Virus record (IMG/VR): IMGVR_UViG_3300042456_000185
DNA length: 64,000 nucleotides
Source: an uncultured virus (IMG/VR IMGVR_UViG_3300042456_000185)
Taxonomy: Duplodnaviria; Heunggongvirae; Uroviricota; Caudoviricetes; Crassvirales
Reading direction: 5' to 3' (one strand)
The notes below the pieces were generated by a model, which did not search any database, had not been told where the DNA came from, and saw nothing but the letters and a program-made list of their open reading frames with translations. The translations under genes and the position numbers were made by a program. This document shows, in pieces, positions 20,068 through 27,455 of the stretch. Every line of letters begins with the position of its first letter. Position 1 is the first letter of the stretch.

Positions 20068-20540
20068 TTCATACGGGTGTTATACTTTCTACGCATCTTC
20101 TGATTGTAGGACACTAGGTCGTTAAAAGTACGCCTTGTATTGCCTTCCTTGTTTCTTTCTACAGCAGCCTGTGCCATAAACTTCTCCCCCTCTGTAGCAT
20201 TGGAGGCTGTTCCCCTTCTGACAACCTTGATGTCTTTTCTCTCCTGAGCTCTAGCTGCCCTAGATCTATACTTTGTCGGGAGGCTTATATCTACCCCGAT
20301 CTCGTTTATAGTCAGTTTAGCAGGCTTACGTTTGTTTAGGCGCTCCTCTTGGAATGCCTTAAAGTCCTCTACAGTCTTTCCAGTGGGTCTTTCCACATAC
20401 TCTCCCCTTCTGGTTTTCATCTGGGCGAGCTTCTCCTGGTCAGCAGCACGAAGCATATCCTTAGCCTCAGACCTGGATACACCCTTCTTAGCTAGGGCGT
20501 ACCTGAGTCCAGATACTTTAGGAGTCTTGTTCGTCTTCAT
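20064..20540 (-). CDS. Highly basic protein, first gene of the leftward late operon
   Basis: 158 aa; preceded by a TATATTTG -7 element at 20559-20566. Confidence 0.8.
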   Translation of the reverse strand: MKTNKTPKVSGLRYALAKKGVSRSEAKDMLRAADQEKLAQMKTRRGEYVERPTGKTVEDFKAFQEERLNKRKPAKLTINEIGVDISLPTKYRSRAARAQERKDIKVVRRGTASNATEGEKFMAQAAVERNKEGNTRRTFNDLVSYNQKMRRKYNTRMK

Positions 20541-21429
20541 AACTTGTCTTTAGAGATACAAATATACATACTTTTGAGACTTGTAAGGGACTCTATGGGG
20601 TGATAGATAAAATCTATTAAGATACCCTTTGTGATAGATTTTCTTTAAAGCGTACTTGCATATATCATTTTTTTCTTGTAACTTAGCAGCGTCATAGGAC
20701 GTAAGTAAGATGCCGAACACGTCCACACGCTTCCCCGCTTAACAGTTGCATCGCACTGCCAACACGCATAGAGCACAGCGCAGGGGCCCCCAAGCCCCCT
20801 AGCCAAGCGATACTGAAGACACTACTAAGGAGGTTATGGGGATGCTGTATACTCCGCCCTGAGATCTTCATTGTATCCCATAAAATGACAGATTTCATAA
20901 CATAATTCCGAACATACCCGAATTACTTCCCAAAATTCGACAGATTCATCAAGGTACAATTTGTGGAACATATGAGGGGGGGGGTGATTAACCTGTGGAT
21001 TGCATAGAGTTCAAAGTAGGGTGGGGATAATATATATATTTCACACGCTCCGACCGCAACACCGAAACGAAATTCTGAACCCAACCCCCCTTGAACAGCG
21101 TCAAAATGCGTGTGGTTTTTGGCGTTTTTGATATGCTTGTTACAGCAGTTAATTGAAGTAGTAGTTTAAGTTTGTGATGGTTTTTTGGAGGAGGAGGAGA
21201 GGGACAATCCCCTTCCCCCTTTTCCTTCCCCTTTCCTACCCTATTTACCCTCCTATACATAAAGGCATTACATACCTTCCCATTGCCCCCGTTCCTGGAA
21301 CGTATGTTTTTGGGCACGTTCTGCCGTGCTGTTGTGCAATTCTGCCCTGCTGTAAACTTTTTTTCGTCCGTAAACCCTTGATTTTGTTGGGGTTTCCGAG
21401 CGAGTTGCGATTTTCCGTAAAAATAATTC

Positions 21430-21459
21430 TTGCATATCCGAATTGATGCCGTAAGTTTG
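21430..21459 (+). promoter_or_regulatory. Early promoter, Bacteroidota consensus
   Basis: TTG (21430-32), 19 nt spacer, TAAGTTTG (21452-59). Confidence 0.8.
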
Positions 21460-21502
21460 CAATGTCAAACAACAACAACAAACCCCCTAAACAAAACACG
21501 CT

Positions 21503-21766
21503 ATGAAAATTCAAGACCTTCAGAACTACGCCACCGCAAAGGGTATGAACTTTAGCCTGCTGACCAACGAGTTCGGTGAGCAGTATGCCGGCATTGAGTG
21601 GAAAAACAAGTACGTTTGGTACTGGTTCCGTGATGCAGTAGATTACACGCTGTTCACCGAGCGTTACTCACAAAACACAGGCCGCTCACAAGGCGCAGGA
21701 GTACGAACCGCTTGGCGTGCCGCTTGGAAAATTGAGCAGGCTGTTGAGGAGTTCACCAAAGGTTAA
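21503..21766 (+). CDS. Early hypothetical protein
   Basis: 87 aa, first gene after the promoter; its stop lies inside hammerhead 1. Confidence 0.8.
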   Translation: MKIQDLQNYATAKGMNFSLLTNEFGEQYAGIEWKNKYVWYWFRDAVDYTLFTERYSQNTGRSQGAGVRTAWRAAWKIEQAVEEFTKG

Positions 21767-21812
21767 CTGACGAGGATTGAATATCCGAAACGGGCGAAAG
21801 CCCGTCTTAACC
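21761..21812 (+). ncRNA. Type I hammerhead ribozyme 1 (predicted cut after GUC, 21806)
   Basis: GGUUAA-CUGACGA-GGAU(UGAAU)AUCC-GAAA-CGGGC(GAAA)GCCCG-UC^UUAACC. Confidence 0.93.
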
Positions 21813-21832
21813 AACACCTAAAAACACACGTT

Positions 21833-22147
21833 ATGAGCATTCACAAATTTGTAATCAAGTTCAGCAACCGCAAGAACAACAAATGCGTCAGTTTAATTGG
21901 TTACTTAAATGAGACAGGGTGGGGATTCTGCCAGTACGGCTCCTTCCGAAGTGAGCACGAAAGCAAGTACATCAATAGCACAGCGGAATTTATGTCGGCA
22001 CTTGAAAAGTACCTATGCAATCCAAGCCTAATGATTTACAGCGTTCAAGTGGACGGCAATTTGCCTACAAAATTTCAGTATTGGAATGCCGAAGGAACCC
22101 AGCAGGCACGTCAGGTTGTGGCTGAACTAATCGCAAAGGTTAACTGA
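21833..22147 (+). CDS. Early hypothetical protein
   Basis: 104 aa between hammerheads 1 and 2; its TGA stop is in the CUGAUGA core. Confidence 0.8.
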   Translation: MSIHKFVIKFSNRKNNKCVSLIGYLNETGWGFCQYGSFRSEHESKYINSTAEFMSALEKYLCNPSLMIYSVQVDGNLPTKFQYWNAEGTQQARQVVAELIAKVN

Positions 22148-22189
22148 TGAGTCCTAATTGGACGAAACGGGCGAAAGCCCGTCTTAACC
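22138..22189 (+). ncRNA. Type I hammerhead ribozyme 2 (predicted cut after GUC, 22183)
   Basis: GGUUAA-CUGAUGA-GUCC(UAAUU)GGAC-GAAA-CGGGC(GAAA)GCCCG-UC^UUAACC. Confidence 0.93.
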
Positions 22190-22210
22190 AAAGCACTAAA
22201 AAAACACGTT

Positions 22211-22411
22211 ATGAAAAACTACAAAGAAGGAAACGTTTACCACCTGAACGGAGTTTACGATGGGTACAAAGTAACGTTCAAACAGCACCCTGAAGGATTT
22301 TACGAAGCATATTCCAACGGACACCTCGGAGGCGCAACGTATTTCGGAACACTTGAGGAAGTAGAAAATTTCTACAACGACTGGATGGCCGAATTGAACG
22401 CAAAAGGTTAA
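22211..22411 (+). CDS. Early hypothetical protein
   Basis: 66 aa between hammerheads 2 and 3; ends GGT TAA in stem I. Confidence 0.8.
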   Translation: MKNYKEGNVYHLNGVYDGYKVTFKQHPEGFYEAYSNGHLGGATYFGTLEEVENFYNDWMAELNAKG

Positions 22412-22455
22412 CTGACGAGGCTTAAGTAGCCGAAACCCCTTCGGGGGTATTAACC
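22406..22455 (+). ncRNA. Type I hammerhead ribozyme 3 (predicted cut after GUA, 22449)
   Basis: GGUUAA-CUGACGA-GGCU(UAAGU)AGCC-GAAA-CCCC(UUCG)GGGG-UA^UUAACC. Confidence 0.93.
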
Positions 22456-22478
22456 AAAGCACTAAAAACACTATCAAA

Positions 22479-22640
22479 ATGAAATCATTTATCTTAACTA
22501 CCGGCAAAATTGTAAAAGCGCAAAGCCGCTTGGATGCCCTTAAATCTCAAGACCTGTTCATCTACTGGAAAGGCAACAAGCCTTATGGCCTTGAATACTA
22601 CGGGGCAAAGAATGAAATCTACGCCAAACTTGTAAAGTAA
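22479..22640 (+). CDS. Early hypothetical protein, 53 aa
   Basis: Read manually: MKSFILTTGKIVKAQSRLDALKSQDLFIYWKGNKPYGLEYYGAKNEIYAKLVK. Confidence 0.7.
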   Translation: MKSFILTTGKIVKAQSRLDALKSQDLFIYWKGNKPYGLEYYGAKNEIYAKLVK

Positions 22641-22658
22641 TCTTAAAACACTACCAAA

Positions 22659-22838
22659 ATGAAAACAAAGCAAACCTACTACTTTTGGGTACACAACGGA
22701 GAGAAGTACGTTATCGTTGACGAAGTAATTTGCTCCCAACCTTGGCGAACCAACATATACAAATATATTGAGGATTCCTTTAATAAAGGCGTTATCTCTG
22801 AATTTGGCTACACCTACGACAAAGAAACCATCAAGTAA
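22659..22838 (+). CDS. Early hypothetical protein, 59 aa
   Basis: Read manually: MKTKQTYYFWVHNGEKYVIVDEVICSQPWRTN...KETIK. Confidence 0.7.
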   Translation: MKTKQTYYFWVHNGEKYVIVDEVICSQPWRTNIYKYIEDSFNKGVISEFGYTYDKETIK

Positions 22839-22841
22839 AAA

Positions 22842-22893
22842 GGTTAACTGAAGAGGATTGAATATCCGAAACCTGCTCCGGCAGGTCTTAACC
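22842..22893 (+). ncRNA. Type I hammerhead ribozyme 4 (predicted cut after GUC, 22887)
   Basis: GGUUAA-CUGAAGA-GGAU(UGAAU)AUCC-GAAA-CCUGC(UCCG)GCAGG-UC^UUAACC. Confidence 0.93.
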
Positions 22894-22907
22894 AAAAAAG
22901 TTAAAGA

Positions 22908-23087
22908 ATGAAAGCACACACCATCACCCACAACGGCAAGACCTTCTATGCTGTTCACGCCTTTTGGCCTGCCCGTTACCTGAAATCTTGGGCACTACTT
23001 GACAACGAGGAATTGAAGACCAACAGCACTACGCTGTACTTCCGCACCAAGACCGCCCTTGTCCAACACGTTGAAAATAACTTCTAA
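22908..23087 (+). CDS. Early hypothetical protein, 59 aa
   Basis: Read manually: MKAHTITHNGKTFYAVHAFWPARYLKSWALLDNEEL...ENNF. Confidence 0.7.
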   Translation: MKAHTITHNGKTFYAVHAFWPARYLKSWALLDNEELKTNSTTLYFRTKTALVQHVENNF

Positions 23088-23097
23088 TTAAAACAAA

Positions 23098-23544
23098 ATG
23101 AAAACAAAAGAATTTAACCGCATTGTAGACCTGATGGAGGAATTGAACTACGCCATCCTTGAGTATCAAGAAAAGGAGGATAGCGTAATCACCGAAAAGG
23201 TAATTGACCTTGCCCAAATGAAGCACGAAGCAACGGAATTGCAGGGCACTATTTTGTCTGCCGCAATCTCACTTGCGGAAGCCGGTGAAGCAACCAAGTG
23301 GGCACGTAAATGCTCCATCACAGGCCAAGGTATGAACGAGGGATGGTACTGCGAAGACCTTGGTACCTACTTCAAGTACGAAGACGATGCCCTGAATTTT
23401 GCACAGGAACATACCTACGCAGACCTTGAATGCGCCTATGCCGATGAGTTTATGTACTGGACGCAATGGGAGGATGACTCTGACTTTGAGTACGTTCAGG
23501 TTGGCCCAAAAGTTTGGGCGCTACTTGACTTTGAAGTTTATTAA
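23098..23544 (+). CDS. Acidic early protein
   Basis: 148 aa, Asp/Glu- and aromatic-rich. Confidence 0.8.
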   Translation: MKTKEFNRIVDLMEELNYAILEYQEKEDSVITEKVIDLAQMKHEATELQGTILSAAISLAEAGEATKWARKCSITGQGMNEGWYCEDLGTYFKYEDDALNFAQEHTYADLECAYADEFMYWTQWEDDSDFEYVQVGPKVWALLDFEVY

Positions 23545-23551
23545 AAAAAAC

Positions 23552-23582
23552 TTGCACAGGTAAGAATTAGTAACTACATTTG
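23552..23582 (+). promoter_or_regulatory. Early promoter
   Basis: TTG, 20 nt spacer, TACATTTG (23575-82). Confidence 0.75.
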
Positions 23583-23619
23583 ACAAATCAAAATAATTCA
23601 AACAATAAAACAAAATAAA

Positions 23620-23940
23620 ATGTTTAACAAGCACACCTGGGTTCAAGAGGAGCGAGACACCCTCCTTGAATATGCAAAAGACGGAGCAACACACGATGAG
23701 TTGCACGACCAGTTAATGTCAGACATCGATACGGCCTGCATCTACTATGCGGACTGCTTTGACATCATTAAAACATTAAGATTTACCGACTGGTCAAAGG
23801 CCGAGTTTGAGGTCAAGAATGTTACTGAAGCGGCATACTGCGCTCTTTATGAGTTGTCAAATGAGTGCATCGACATCGATGCAATCCTTAAAGAATCAGG
23901 AAATGCAGGAGCAACCAACGAACAAAAAACAAACAATTAA
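23620..23940 (+). CDS. Ocr-like anti-restriction DNA mimic
   Basis: DELHDQLMSDIDTACIYYADCFDII resembles T7 Ocr [26 protein letters not shown] (recalled); acidic, similar size. Confidence 0.65.
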   Translation: MFNKHTWVQEERDTLLEYAKDGATHDELHDQLMSDIDTACIYYADCFDIIKTLRFTDWSKAEFEVKNVTEAAYCALYELSNECIDIDAILKESGNAGATNEQKTNN

Positions 23941-23945
23941 ACAAA

Positions 23946-24182
23946 ATGGAAAACACAAGAAAAATCATTGACCGCCTAAACGCTATGGAAGACCAAAGCG
24001 AATTTTACTACGGAGTGTTCTGCGTTGCAGACCGGATGCAGGCAAACGGCTACGAAGTAGAGGCATTGGACGAGTTCTTTTTTGACGCTAAAAATGAGTA
24101 CACGGCGTTCTTATTGAGCGAGTTCAACGTGGACACAAAGAGCGAACTTGACTGCATTGATGACTATTTTTTTAACAAGTAA
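23946..24182 (+). CDS. Acidic early protein
   Basis: 78 aa ORF with an A-rich leader. Confidence 0.75.
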   Translation: MENTRKIIDRLNAMEDQSEFYYGVFCVADRMQANGYEVEALDEFFFDAKNEYTAFLLSEFNVDTKSELDCIDDYFFNK

Positions 24183-24193
24183 TTCAAACCACT

Positions 24194-24376
24194 ATGAAAC
24201 CATCTATCATTTTAGTCCGGACAGCCATCGCCCTGATGCTGTTGCTTACCGCCCGCTTCTTGGAAGCCTACGAGTACGGACAGGCCATCATCTGCACCTT
24301 TATCACCTTTGTACTATGCTTGGCGGACGTGCAAATTGAAATCATTTACGAACAAAAAAACAAATTAAACAAGTAA
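24194..24376 (+). CDS. Small membrane protein
   Basis: Two hydrophobic segments. Confidence 0.65.
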   Translation: MKPSIILVRTAIALMLLLTARFLEAYEYGQAIICTFITFVLCLADVQIEIIYEQKNKLNK

Positions 24377-24381
24377 ACAAA

Positions 24382-24780
24382 ATGGAAAACGAAAAACTTA
24401 ATCAAATGATTCAGGCCGCTATTGAGTGGGCTGGAAATGTTAACGGGAAGCAGGGGTTGTTTGACATATCTTATGCTATGGGACTTGACGAAACGCATTG
24501 TTCCGGCTGCGAAGATGATACCCCGCACTTTGACAAATGCTGTGTTGTTTGCGGCCAGTACAACGAGCAAATGATTCAGGCCGATAAAGTTACTTTTTGG
24601 AGAGTTACCGAAATTGATTGGGACACTGATGGGAACTTTATTGCCCACCTACCTACGGAAAGGACAATTATGCTTCACGAAGGCCAAGATGAAGACGATA
24701 TTGCCGATATTTTGAGCGATAATTATGGATGGTTCATAAACTCCTTTAAATCCGAACAAATTGAAATGCCAACTAAATAA
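24382..24780 (+). CDS. Early protein with a zinc-ribbon-like motif
   Basis: CSGC...CVVC. Confidence 0.75.
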   Translation: MENEKLNQMIQAAIEWAGNVNGKQGLFDISYAMGLDETHCSGCEDDTPHFDKCCVVCGQYNEQMIQADKVTFWRVTEIDWDTDGNFIAHLPTERTIMLHEGQDEDDIADILSDNYGWFINSFKSEQIEMPTK

Positions 24781-24789
24781 GTAAACAAA

Positions 24790-25206
24790 ATGAAAACACA
24801 AATCACCAACCAAGACCTGTTTAATGCAAAGCAAGTACAGGTTGACATCCACAACACAGGCAAGTCCTACAACGTATCCGTATCTTGGGTTGAAGAAGGG
24901 CAGAACCTACGCCAAGAGTGGGACGGAGAGTTTGGTCGCAACGACTTCTTGAATGAGTTTGGCTTCCAATTAGTGTCAGACCACGAAGCAGAAGAAGAAG
25001 AGTTGGTTACAATTTGGACTTACTACCACGGAACCGAAGCCGGTGCTATTGACTTCTTGGAGGAATGGTATGAACTACTTGGAACGGAGCCGGAAGGTAG
25101 TTTGACGAGCAATGGCTTCGGAGAAGAAGCGTGGTACTTTACTGCTGAAATTCCTAAATCGCTCGTGGAAAAATTAAATCTTGAAGAAGATTGGTTTGTA
25201 AAATAA
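24790..25206 (+). CDS. Very acidic early protein
   Basis: 138 aa, Glu-rich. Confidence 0.8.
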   Translation: MKTQITNQDLFNAKQVQVDIHNTGKSYNVSVSWVEEGQNLRQEWDGEFGRNDFLNEFGFQLVSDHEAEEEELVTIWTYYHGTEAGAIDFLEEWYELLGTEPEGSLTSNGFGEEAWYFTAEIPKSLVEKLNLEEDWFVK

Positions 25207-25225
25207 TTCAAATAAAAAATAAACT

Positions 25226-25447
25226 ATGAAAATCTACATCCTCCACGAGGCGCACTCACTATGCGACTACAACGACCACGAGGCGTTCACCGAATACGAG
25301 GACGCAAGGGGATTGTTCGAGCAAATAAAGGCTTCGGTTGAGGCAAGGGAGCAAATCGAAGAAGTATACTCCGATGAGAACGATGAGTACTACGTTCAGG
25401 TGGACGGGGACAGCATCCGCCTCTACATCACGGAGCACCAGTTGTAA
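25226..25447 (+). CDS. Acidic early protein
   Basis: 73 aa. Confidence 0.75.
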   Translation: MKIYILHEAHSLCDYNDHEAFTEYEDARGLFEQIKASVEAREQIEEVYSDENDEYYVQVDGDSIRLYITEHQL

Positions 25448-25482
25448 ACAAAAATTTAACTAACAAAAAAACAAGTAAAAAA

Positions 25483-25899
25483 ATGGGACGTTCAGTAAGT
25501 TACCTACCAAACGCACAGGCCGTTGTCTACTTCCAATTTGATGAAGAAGAACACGTCTTGTTTGACTACCTAATTGAGGACATACAGGAGCACGTTATCG
25601 GCCTGTACCCAAAGTTTGAAACCACCGATGAGTGGGTCGGAGAGAACAACGTAATCCTCCGGGATGGAGTTGTTGAAATCGCCATCGCAGAGTACTGCGG
25701 AGTTGTGTCCCTGTCTACACGTATGGATGAAACCGATACAGCATACCTATCAAGCAAGGAGACACTTGCCTTGGAAGAAGATGCTGTTGAATGGATTGAC
25801 AAGCACTTCAGCCGTGCGGTTAAACCTTGGGCGCAGATGAAGAAGATAGGGTCTTTCAGTAACGGAGAAGCGGTATATGAACAGGTATTGGGCTCTTGA
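25483..25899 (+). CDS. Early hypothetical protein
   Basis: 138 aa, MGRSVS...GSFSNGEAVYE. Confidence 0.8.
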   Translation: MGRSVSYLPNAQAVVYFQFDEEEHVLFDYLIEDIQEHVIGLYPKFETTDEWVGENNVILRDGVVEIAIAEYCGVVSLSTRMDETDTAYLSSKETLALEEDAVEWIDKHFSRAVKPWAQMKKIGSFSNGEAVYEQVLGS

Positions 25900-26197
25900 C
25901 CGGATGGATAAAATTCTTGAGCACCTAACGCATCAAGAAATCTTTGAACTAATTGAAAACAAACTAAACTTAAAAATTCACGTTATGCTTACCACCGAAG
26001 AAAAAGTAAACAAGGTTACCAAGGGATTGAGCGAGGATATGAAACGCAGAGCCGTACACCATATCACGCAGGAACTATTCACGTCCCGCAACTGGAACCG
26101 GGATGGCTATATGTACGATGGAGTGTTCTTCTCCAACGATGAGTACAATGCTGTTCACGATATGTGCATACCACGAACTGCCGCACTTGGGAACTAA
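25877..26197 (+). CDS. Hypothetical protein (start uncertain)
   Basis: ORF within the operon. Confidence 0.6.
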   Translation: MNRYWALDRMDKILEHLTHQEIFELIENKLNLKIHVMLTTEEKVNKVTKGLSEDMKRRAVHHITQELFTSRNWNRDGYMYDGVFFSNDEYNAVHDMCIPRTAALGN

Positions 26198-26514
26198 TGG
26201 CGAAGTTAACCTACAGCCAGCCAAAGACCGCATACATTGAGTGCGACCTCGGAGACCTTGACGAGTACCTGTACAGGCACAGGTCAAAGTACGGAGTGGA
26301 AACGGCAGATGGCCTTGAAATCTTCTGCGACAAACACTTTGAGTATGACTACGATATGACTATGGTAGCCGCTGTTGACTACTTTGAAATCTTGGAAATG
26401 TACGACTGCATCACCTTGCAGAACACCACGCTGAACGGAATCAAAGCACGTACAGCACTTGGCAAAGAAATAATAATAGACACCTTAAACCATTACTTCA
26501 ATGAACTTCTTTAA
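26197..26514 (+). CDS. Hypothetical protein
   Basis: TAATG coupling favours the start MAKLTYSQ at 26197. Confidence 0.7.
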   Translation: MAKLTYSQPKTAYIECDLGDLDEYLYRHRSKYGVETADGLEIFCDKHFEYDYDMTMVAAVDYFEILEMYDCITLQNTTLNGIKARTALGKEIIIDTLNHYFNELL

Positions 26515-26896
26515 CTTTAACTATTACAAGGAGATGAAAAGACCAACACCTGAAACCATAGCACACGTTATGGCGGGCAGAATCGAGATGCTGTCCTTGG
26601 TCTTTATCGACAGCGCAATGAATATGCCCACGGATGGGTACCTAATTCCCACCGGAGACACGCACCTATCCGCACACCACTACATTATGAAGGAGGACTG
26701 GGTACGGCTGTGGCTTGAGAAGGCAGGCCCCGCTCCACGGGGATATTACTACGGCCTTGTTCAGGAGGGGCAGAAGTACAGCCTCAATATGTACGAGCGG
26801 TTCGACAGGCTTGAAGATGCTATGTTCGCCACTATCTACACAGGCGCAACGTATGCTTATGACGTTAAGAACAGGACGCAAATCCAATTCCAATGA
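26501..26896 (+). CDS. Hypothetical protein
   Basis: 131 aa ORF. Confidence 0.7.
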   Translation: MNFFNFNYYKEMKRPTPETIAHVMAGRIEMLSLVFIDSAMNMPTDGYLIPTGDTHLSAHHYIMKEDWVRLWLEKAGPAPRGYYYGLVQEGQKYSLNMYERFDRLEDAMFATIYTGATYAYDVKNRTQIQFQ

Positions 26897-27075
26897 AAGT
26901 TTACGTCCTACATTTTAAGAGAACCGACAGGTTCGGTGTTGAGGGCACGAGAGAAATTTATCACAATCACTCTTCTAAATGGCTCCTGCACCTTGACTAC
27001 CACAAACAAAAAGAGAATCCAAAAAACCATTCCTTTCGCATAGAAGAAAGGGAAGTAAAACAACTAACAAAATGA
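26893..27075 (+). CDS. Hypothetical protein
   Basis: ATGA-coupled, 60 aa. Confidence 0.65.
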   Translation: MKVYVLHFKRTDRFGVEGTREIYHNHSSKWLLHLDYHKQKENPKNHSFRIEEREVKQLTK

Positions 27076-27455
27076 AATCAAAAAAAGAAATTGCAAGCGA
27101 AATCCTCAAAAAGTACGAGGACAAGAACGAACGCCACTTCCGAGACGAAGACAGGGAGTGGATTATTGAGGCTATGCTTGAGTTCAAGAGGAACTTTGTC
27201 CCTAAAGTACTTGACCTACGAGGCCCATCCAGACGAAAGGGCGCAAGTTGGCTTACCAAACTGCCTAATGAAGTTCAAGTAATGTGGAGGCACGATGTGT
27301 TGAAACTTCGTGGAGAAGCAGATGTTGAGTGGCTACTTAAAGGGACTGATACCTTTTCGGGATTTATTGCAGGCTCGTTCGTGTGGGAAAAGTCAAGTCA
27401 AGGATATGATTTTTGGTATAACATTTCAAAGGGAAAATATGTACCGCTACAATAA
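27072..27455 (+). CDS. Hypothetical protein
   Basis: 127 aa, C-terminal FVWEKSSQGYDFWYNI. Confidence 0.7.
   Translation: MKSKKEIASEILKKYEDKNERHFRDEDREWIIEAMLEFKRNFVPKVLDLRGPSRRKGASWLTKLPNEVQVMWRHDVLKLRGEADVEWLLKGTDTFSGFIAGSFVWEKSSQGYDFWYNISKGKYVPLQ

Noticed and set aside
20692..21514. Short ORFs on both strands in the divergence region
   Set aside because: Low-complexity translations of homopolymer tracts that overlap each other and lack the leaders seen on neighbouring genes.
21761..22893. CRISPR array or terminator reading of the four repeats
   Set aside because: The intervals are 200-400 bp protein-coding genes, no cas genes are present, and no sense-strand U tract follows. The conserved positions are exactly the hammerhead core.
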